64,000 nt of DNA from Phoronis australis (Eukaryota; Animalia; Phoronida): contig NMRA01000609.1 in NCBI GenBank assembly GCA_002633005.1, positions 172,977 to 236,976 of the forward strand, written 5' to 3'. The position numbers were made by a program, and so were the translations under genes. Positions 55,801 through 64,000 of this stretch are shown one piece after another; within the stretch, counting starts at the first letter, position 1; every line of letters begins with the position of its first letter. The notes beneath the pieces were generated by a model, which was given only the letters and a program-made list of their open reading frames with translations, made no database searches and was not told the DNA's origin.

Positions 55801-58800
55801 TACAAAACAAAATCTGATTGATATAAAGTGGTTTATTGAACTTTGTTGCAGCTTAAAACAAGTCAAGTATCATAGATTAGACAGATTAGACCAAAACATA
55901 TTTTCTAACTAGACTGATTTTGAAAACTATGCCTCATAGTTTGACAGAAAACAAAAGGACCCCGACCCACTCCAGTTGGCATCAAGTGAAACTGGGGAAA
56001 AAGAAGGATGGCAACCCATTTCAGTGGGCATCAGAGGAAACTGATGAAAACGAAAAAGGTTCCCGAAACAGATCTTTTTTGTTTTGAACATATGGACAAA
56101 TCAGAAAATGCATCACCACATCAATTTCGAAATTTTCTTTGGACTTACAACAGTACATGTTAAAAAAGTGTGACGAAATTGTGCTTCTTCGACACGGTTG
56201 ATAACGCCCAATAAGGACTGGTAAGGACATACCGTCACTCATAATTCCAATTCTTCTAACGACTAAGCATGAATTCCATTTGCACTGTGTTGTTCATTTA
56301 TTTCTTCGCTTTCAAAATCCTTTATTAAAACAAGAATAAATAAAAGTATACCTAGTTTACCCGGAATTTGGCTGTCATGACGGCGAAATCTACCTGCATT
56401 CATTCATCACGGGGGGGGGGGGGGNGAATTCCGGGACATTTTGTCTCATTACAATAACTTAATCATACTATACATTGAACTGTATTGATCTACTTTACTG
56501 ATTTATTTTCATTCAATACCTTCAAATTTCTTATGCCTTTATGGATATTTAAATATAGCTGCAGAAGCCTAATGTTATCAAACACTTCAACTTAATACTA
56601 AAAACGTGACAATGCGGTCCTTGCTAAACTATAAACCACACATTTCCGTGCAAAGAATGACACGAAAAAGAGAGTTCGCGAAAATAACCTTGATTCACCG
56701 CCGCACAAATGATCTCCACAAAATGCAATCACAATGAGGAAAAAAGTGAACTTTTCATTTTTCTGATGTGGTTCAGTGACATAAATTGATGAAAATGACA
56801 AAATAATTAAATTTTAGTGGTTCGATATAATAAATAAAAAAGAAATAATAAACAAAATTAATAATCAACATACTGCGTTGTTGGCTGTGTTCACATGTTG
56901 CTGTAGAAATGTGACGGATGAAGATTTTAGTTTTCCTTGTCGATTCCACATCTGAAAAGCTTTTTGTAAGAATCGCCTGAAAGAAGAACGGAAGTCTGTA
57001 TTGCTACTAAACATTGGGCAAATTGTGTATTTCAACACTACTTGTACAAAAAAGATTATAAACAAACAAGAAGCTACATGCAACAACCACTGCTGAGAAA
57101 AATGGCAATCACTGGATTTTTTCGCATTACCAAATTTCTCGTCATTTTTTGATATACTTCCAGTTATCATGACAAAATGATTTTACTGGTAACTTCAAAA
57201 TTAAACTTGCAGAACAATATAGCAGATTATTGTCTAAAATCTTTCTTCGCATGATTTTTTGGGTTTGATTTTGAGGAAAATTGAACCCTACAGTAGGGGT
57301 CACACTAAAGTCAACTCTATTCAGCCGCACGTCTCTGTGAAAATGAGTTTTTGGTAAAACTACACACCAATATACCACTCCTTTCCAAGGATTAATTCCA
57401 AATAGACCCCTGGTTTCTCCAGGTGGCCATTACAGTGTAAAACTCATCAGGGGCCTAACCTCAACTCCGCTCCTTGGTCGCTAGCCAGAATACCCAGCAT
57501 GCTCCAGGTCATGTGACCTTGCTCATCATGCCCCTGACCACACACGTTGTTGAGAATGATCGGCTCCAACAGCTCCAGACATTTCTCCTGAGCACTCGTC
57601 TCTCTGTCCAACACCATGGGTAGGACACCCTCCAACCATGCCCTACAGATACACGACAACATCATCACTTTATATTACATGATACAATTCAGTGGCGGCT
57701 TTCATGGCCACATGGATCAAACACGACTTAAAAAGGTTACTACAAATAAAATACATGCTTGAAAGCAGTGCAGTTATCGACAGATAAGAATAAATAAATA
57801 GTAAAAGTTAAGACAAGTGTCTGTACTAAAATGTTTTAAGATATTCAGGTTAACAAGCCTTAAAAGTTAATGTTAATAGGACATCTTCGTTACCAAGGAT
57901 CAAATTTATTAATATTTTTTTTGAGTATAATCAAAAATAGAACAATAAAACGTAACATTTTTAAAACACTTGACAACAGAATCTTTTTACCCCAGTTATT
58001 CACAATCATTTTCTAAAAATCTTGATTTTCACGGAGATCAAAGGAATTTCCACGAGCATTCATTTTTTTGCATGAAACTGACAAATTTTGTTTCTTTGTT
58101 ATGTTTGCTACAAAAACATGTCTGGGGTTTTCTTTTGAGACCTTTTCACCCGAGACCTTAGCTCTCAAAACTGAAAACTTCAAAATTCCTTGAAAAAAGG
58201 AAGTCTTGACTTTTGGCTGCTGAGCTCTCTGTCTCAGAATCCTTAAAAGAAAATCCGAGAAATTCTATTGTAGTTAACAGTGTAATAGAAGATAAGGCGA
58301 ACTCTAATAGTCTAAAAGGAAAATTGTGTTTTTGAAAAAACGCAATCGTGTGATTCTAAAAATCTGGGCATCGCTTTCATACACATTGGTCATCAAAAAA
58401 TTTAAAAATATGAAGTTTTATGGGTGTACTATTAATACTAAAAGGTATTTATAAGAAGTTCTATCTTTAGTGATGAAGGTGTCTTATTACCTTTAAAAGA
58501 TTAGTTAAGCATGGTTATTTGCATCTCTCATCGCCACAGTTAAATAACAACTAAAGTATAACAACACCATTGTCACACAAGTAAAATACAATGTTTTCCT
58601 CACACAGTTCAGTTGTTTTAACCAAACTTCGTTTCAAAAAACTCAAAAACGTACCGTTGGATGACTTTGTTTAGAGGCATCTCATTCAGTAACGCTGTTA
58701 GTGAGATTTGCGCCTGCTTACGCACGGATAACGCAGGATCACGGCATCTCTCCTTGATTACGTCCAAGTCTTTAGCATTGAAGTCAATACCGCTCAGTCG

Positions 58801-61800
58801 CACGATGTTTTCTATGGCTTGTAACGCTGCCTTACGCACATTGACCTTCTCGTCAGCAGTGCGCTGACGAAGCATAGTGACAAACCCTTGGGCATCCGGT
58901 ATTGCTGCAACGCATACAGAAGAATGAATTGCTTTGTGTTAAAATGAACTGAAAGCACTCCGAGAACACAGGCTGCTGTTGAGGGAACGCAAGTACAATG
59001 TAATGCACTGAACTTATTCATTTAACAAAATGGGGACTAGCATGCAGTCATCAACAGCCTTTTTCAACACGTTTCCCTTCATTTTGATGAGAAACTTCAT
59101 AAAACAAAAGTGTACATGAAAACCAGTTTAGCTAAAATTTATTTACAAATGACCCAATTTCAATATGTCAATTTCACATCACAGAAGAATTAAAAGTCAT
59201 CTGAAACTGATGTCACGTCTACTTACACACTTCACCACCAGGTGTCAGCTGTATAGTATTTAAAACCGATGTGCTTGCAACACCAGGAGCAGTCCCTGCC
59301 GCACTTGTCTGTGTCTCTCTAGCTTCGCTGTTCGGTACGACATTCTCCTCTAAAAAGACCAATTCTGTTAAGCGTGGCACAGCAAAAAGAGCAATCATGT
59401 TTTGATTTGGCCAAAGCTAAATTTGCGAATCCTTTCACACAAGTGTCAACAAAGGTCTACACTTAAAAAGTTTAAATTTGAGCTCTCGTGTATAAGCCTA
59501 CGTGGGCACTTTAGCAACCATCGGTTTAATAAATCCATAAAGTGCTGAATTCTAGGGTGTCATCAGACTTTCAGTGGCTTTGCTGTAGTTTTTGTATTTT
59601 GTAAGACCTTATCAACTTGTCGGTGTATTCAACCAAATGCTTACATAAGTATAGATTTTAACTCGGCAAAAGTACGCATTTTCTGACAGTAGAAAGACTG
59701 TAGAATTTGATCTTTGCCTTTATACCAATGAGTCATTGTTTTAGTAAAATTTAGCAAAAACGAAAGGTACATCCAACTGTATCAAATGAATGAAATGACC
59801 AATGAAAATTCATTCAACATAAATATTCGAAGATCAAATCTCGAAACAGCTGTTACAGTTTTCAAAATTACCATTTCATTTTCGTTTTATGCAACATTTA
59901 AGGTTTTTTAACTAAATCATTTACGTCCTATTTTGATAGCCCCTCATGCAAATGTGGAAACTTTTGAAAACAATTCCTAATAAATTTTGGAAAACAATGC
60001 ATAAAACATGGTATCTGAAAGTTTCATTTGAATCCAATCAGCCATTTCTGTGATATGATGTTCCAAAGTTTGTGAAATTTGGTTTTTTTTCAAGGGAAAA
60101 ATACAGAAAATTAAATATGAAAATATGTATTTGTTTGACACGACGTCTGCTACATCTGGACAGGAACCATTAGTAGTGCATTTTCCAATGGCCATTTTAA
60201 GTTTGTTTAACAGCAAGATTGATTATGGAAGATACATATGAAACGCATTCCTACCACTAGGTGGCATGTCCTGTTTCACTGGAGTAGGCACCAATCGAGT
60301 GACAGGCTGTCGGCCCAGAGTTTTTGGCGTGACGATCTCGCGTAAGGCATTCACCAGCATTGGCTGTGGAGAGCAGCTGCACTGAGCTAGGGCAGCAATC
60401 GCACGAGCTCTCACTCTGGAACACAAACAGACCGATGATGAGGCTAGGAGTGAGTGTAACATGACATAGTTATAGGTCCCAGGAGTTTCAAAATTCATTT
60501 GGAAAATTAAGTCGTCTTCAATTAACTTAAATGTAAAAAAAACATTCACATTGAAGTTATATACAGCGATAACTGGGACCAGTTTTAAATAACTACAACT
60601 AGAATACATAAATCAAGTTTTATTGTCATATCAAATCTAGCCAATGAAGCAATTAGTGAACTCCACTCCATATCTCGGTTAATTTGAAAAAAAAAACAAG
60701 CGGATTATATACAGAGAAAAACAATTAAAGCAAAACTTCGACAAGACCAATATTTATAAAGTTTGTGACAAAGCTAAGCAATCGGTGAATTCCACTGGTA
60801 CCTTGCAATATTTGAAAAACACACAAAATGCTTTCATGCCATTCTATGTGATTTAAAAAAACAATGTTGTGAGGTTTTTTTACTAACAAAATATGAAGAA
60901 ATCCCCAACAAATAAAAAACCTTACGTTGGTGCAATGTCTGAACATCTCGACAATATCATTTGGAGCAAAAATCGATGACTGAGAAATACCGAGTCTGTG
61001 CAGCTGTCTACAAAAGAACACAACAGAATAACAATCAATGCAAACAATACATATTTGAGATCATTTTAAGATACTCGTTACATGACATTGATATCCTCGG
61101 GACACACACGAGATGCGTGAACAAGACTATCAGTTCTCAAGCATGTAACAAAAGGCCATTAAAGCACAGTAGGTTACAGTTTGTACTCAGTATGAGACCT
61201 GCACTCACCAACATAAAAAAGCGCACATCCTGCCAGGGTATCATGTTTTCGAAAAGCCGCACAAAGGCATGGAAGCAAGTGCAAGCAAGGTTTGAAATCT
61301 CATGATTTGCCAAGTGCCGAGTAAAAAAACTAATCCAGCGTCATTTTTGCTTGTCTACGATGGATTTTCATTTTTGGAAAAATGATCAACCAAAAACCCC
61401 CATCACTGACTCAATTTTCAGATCAGAACCAAATATCCTTTTTTGGTCTGATAAGTATTTAATGGAATTCACAAATGAAGAATATTTGTTATCAAGCAAA
61501 AACACATTGTGTTAACAGTGCCTATGAAAACGATTACGTTATGACACATTACCCCCACAATGTTACCTTCCCTTATGATTTTGTTTTGAATATCGTGAAG
61601 AACTGAAAGCTCTCCAAAAGCCAGAAAAAAGAGGGTCACTATTTTCCAAGAATATCAATAGTCGAAAACTGTAGAGGCATTGACTGCACTCTTTCACACG
61701 TGACAAAGTAACACGAAATGTTTGCAGTATAACAGTGTTTGAAAGGGATTTTGCAAATGGCAGTTAACAGCTAATCACTTGAAAGGTTTGTTCAATCAAA

Positions 61801-63988
61801 AATCATGATCACAGAGTCACCATTAAATAGCTGTTCAAACCAAGTAACTTGATTAATATCTAAGAGAAGTTTAAATCAGCATTATTCCAAAATCTTTGTT
61901 AATGTAACTATTATGTTTACTATTATTACTACTACTGGTGTTGTTGTAGTTGTTATTATCGCTGTTATTGTACCTACCATCTGGTTGTCTCTCCGGATTG
62001 GCTAGTAGCAGCGATGCGATATCGAGACCAAACACACGGTAGTTGATCTGAAGTGAAAAAACACGTAAAAAGATAAACCAAAAACATGTCCAACCTGAAT
62101 GAGTTTAAAACTATTCAAAAATAGATTCAGCCACTAAAAATCATTGTCAGACAAATTCCAGTAGACCAACATGGGGATTTTGAGGTCAGAGAAAAATGTT
62201 CTCGCCAAAAATGGATTCCGAAGGCAAATTCACAATTTCACCGTTTAAGTCAAGTTTGAGAGAACTTAAAAAATAAAATTAAATAGGGTATAACATACAA
62301 CACATCCAAGAACAAAACGGGGAGCATATCTTACTTTAGAGGAGGTAATATGGCCTGGTAGAATGAGTGACCCCTTCTCTTAGCCAAGGTCGTGCGTGCA
62401 AGACCCACAAGGGTACACTCAGCTAGACCCTTGAGTCAGGCCTCTAGCTCCTTATCTCCCCTTTATCTCTTATTAATAAAGCAAAAAAATTAGTTCCAGG
62501 CGATCAGTGCAATGGGGTCACCTAAGTAACCTGCAATTATTTTTTAAACTTTACCTTAGCATTCCGTGAATAAGTGTGGATCCACTCTATAAGCTTAGCG
62601 TATACAGAATTGTTCAACTTCATCATCAAATCAACCACGGCCTGCAAGTATAGATTGAGAAATTAAAAATCATCCAATCCAAGATTCCAAATCATACTAC
62701 GAATAAACAATAAGCGAAAAGTATTCAAACAAAACAATGCAAAATTCCCCGCCATGACAGTTGGGCAGAAGCCGAATTTAACGTCAGAGTAGTCTTCCCT
62801 CATGACCGAGAACGGAGGGGAATCAACAGGAAAGTTATAAAGGTGGCTAAGTTAATCTCTAACTAGAATTCTACCATCCTAATAGTAATTACCAGTCATT
62901 TTTGCTGTTAACAGACCTAGGCCTCATGATGGGAGAACAGTATTTCGTCTGATAACTTTTGATACTGTACATCTTTGCAAAAACAACAACGCTGTTAACC
63001 TCGCTAACCTTTAAAGGTTTAGAATAAGTTTGAAGGGTTTACAGAGTGAGCACGCACTCACAACACTTTGGGTAAGACAATCAGCCGTTGTTAGTAAACC
63101 ATTTTAGCGAAACGTCATTGTTAATTTTTACCAGATTAGAACTCACAATAATTTTCAATCACTAGAATTGGAATTTTTTGTAAATGAATTCCAGTTAATT
63201 ATGCAGGGAATGCCTTTTCACAATAAATAAAAGTGGCGTTTGGTCCTATTCAACTGTGGCAAGCCAGGTTGTTAGTGCATCGATAGAAATCCAAGAATTA
63301 AATGTTAAAAATGAGCTCACATTATGTCACATCTGGAATGACAATGTTACTCACTTCAGCAGTTCTATACAGTGTTTGTCTGGGTCATTTGACTACTGGA
63401 AATTTTAACTAAAATTAGAAAGTTTAACTAAATATGAAACTACAGTACATAATACAAGCAATCGGAAGGCTATACTAATAAAAGGAAACTGGGATCTTAG
63501 ATAAAATATTGAATTAATGTGTGACAATTTTGTTGATTATATTTTGAATGGTACATGGGAATTGTTTAAGACTAGCACGTATACAGACTGGGAACAAATC
63601 ATTCCAGTTTGTGAAGTTTTAAGAATTTTGTTGTAACGTACACCGATCGTGTGCTTTTCAAATTTGGCAGAAGTTTAGTTATAGCTTATCGCTTATCACG
63701 TCTGATATCGGCCAGTCAAACACTTGCGTAACTGCAATTGACCAAATCCGCACAATTTGTGGGTGAAAACGTCCCAAAACATTTTGTGAGACATTTTTAT
63801 AAAACAAAGAACAGAATTTAATTGATGATTTTGTAACCAAATGAAAACGTCATGAGAGCATGTCACGTGACAGTACCTGTGCTACCCTCTGGCGGGACTC
63901 TGCCCTATCAGGACATCGTACACAAAGGTGTTGGACCAGTATTCTTATACTCTGTAAAACATTGTCGCCAAGTTCGTGTAGTAGGTGG
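39734..63988 (-). CDS. NCAPD3: Condensin-2 complex subunit D3 (HEAT-repeat), 5'-truncated by window edge; 30 coding exons, ~1151 aa
   Basis: Exons in transcript order: 63877-63988, 62555-62641, 61978-62047, 60926-61007, 60255-60415, 59227-59349, 58655-58904, 57460-57642, 56874-56976, 55619-55799, 54943-55019, 53727-53841, 52304-52438, 51595-51669, 50137-50266, 49742-49850, 49492-49576, 48906-49010, 48416-48485, 47812-47896, 47338-47535, 46307-46451, 45657-45784, 44536-44660, 43860-44019, 42143-42191, 41681-41782, 40926-40995, 40374-40410, 39734-39838 (TAA). All are GT-AG and phase-consistent. Diagnostic CAP-D3 motifs: [85 protein letters not shown]. The donor at 43860 and the low-complexity tail exons are less certain. 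Confidence 0.95.
42970..43225. repeat. Degenerate tandem repeat in NCAPD3 intron
   Basis: Recurrent ctacctggttaa...atctctatac...cagtgggtaacagggggc and cttttgattta.gcatc. Confidence 0.7.
43355..43562. repeat. 42-bp minisatellite, ~4.5 copies
   Basis: Unit ccaggtcaccaaatgacacgtcattattgtttgagaccattc; overlapping ORFs show 14-aa periodicity. Confidence 0.9.
44915..44995 (+). mobile_element. Degenerate tRNA-derived SINE head or tRNA pseudogene
   Basis: A-box-like tagcttaggcag, anticodon-arm-like ttggctgtgacgccag, B-box-like ggatccgattcc; no intact acceptor stem. Confidence 0.35.
52778..52832. repeat. (GT)n microsatellite
   Basis: Near-perfect GT run. Confidence 0.97.
52934..53210 (+). mobile_element. 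5'-truncated Penelope-like retroelement remnant (C-terminal part of GIY-YIG endonuclease)
   Basis: From 52934: [51 protein letters not shown], then after a frameshift ELPPIYNRL. This fits the PLE endonuclease pattern SA..EH....GH...W......D.E.....R.I.EAI.IR.....NRD.G..LP. Confidence 0.8.
53156..53203 (+). ncRNA. Degenerate minimal type I hammerhead ribozyme associated with the Penelope remnant
   Basis: Stem I gtcatt/aatggc; core gTGAGGA (C3 altered); stem II gtcaatc-cccgt-gattgat; GAAA; gtcTC cleavage region. Confidence 0.6.
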
Positions 63989-64000
63989 CTGCAAAAGGAA

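Noticed and set aside
56035-56085. CTGATGA...GAAA hammerhead-like core
   Set aside because: No convincing stems I or II.
63355-63396. Possible NCAPD3 mini-exon ending in GTGAGT
   Set aside because: Flanking exons 63877-63988 and 62555-62641 join in frame and are colinear with CAP-D3; this segment would break the phase.

Overview
Eukaryotic, intron-rich, AT-rich animal genomic DNA that looks like a marine invertebrate; the taxon cannot be fixed from this window. I reconstructed three spliced protein-coding genes by hand, checking GT-AG sites and phases. (1) A small + strand secreted precursor (coding exons 12069-12187, 13667-13804, 17437-17455; 91 aa). It is only partly visible in the ORF track and encodes a signal peptide plus a disulfide-ring peptide IDCRKYPFAPRCRGVWTV-KR of elevenin/L11 neuropeptide type. 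This is the most notable item. (2) POLR2H/RPB8 on the - strand, with 3 coding exons found and the last exon probably hidden in the 228-N gap. (3) The 3' 30 coding exons (~1151 aa) of condensin II subunit NCAPD3 on the - strand, running off the window end. The remaining sequence holds several MITE-like inverted-repeat elements, dispersed repeats, mini/microsatellites, a Penelope-like retroelement remnant with an adjacent degenerate hammerhead ribozyme, several long hairpins and two orphan promoter-like motif clusters.
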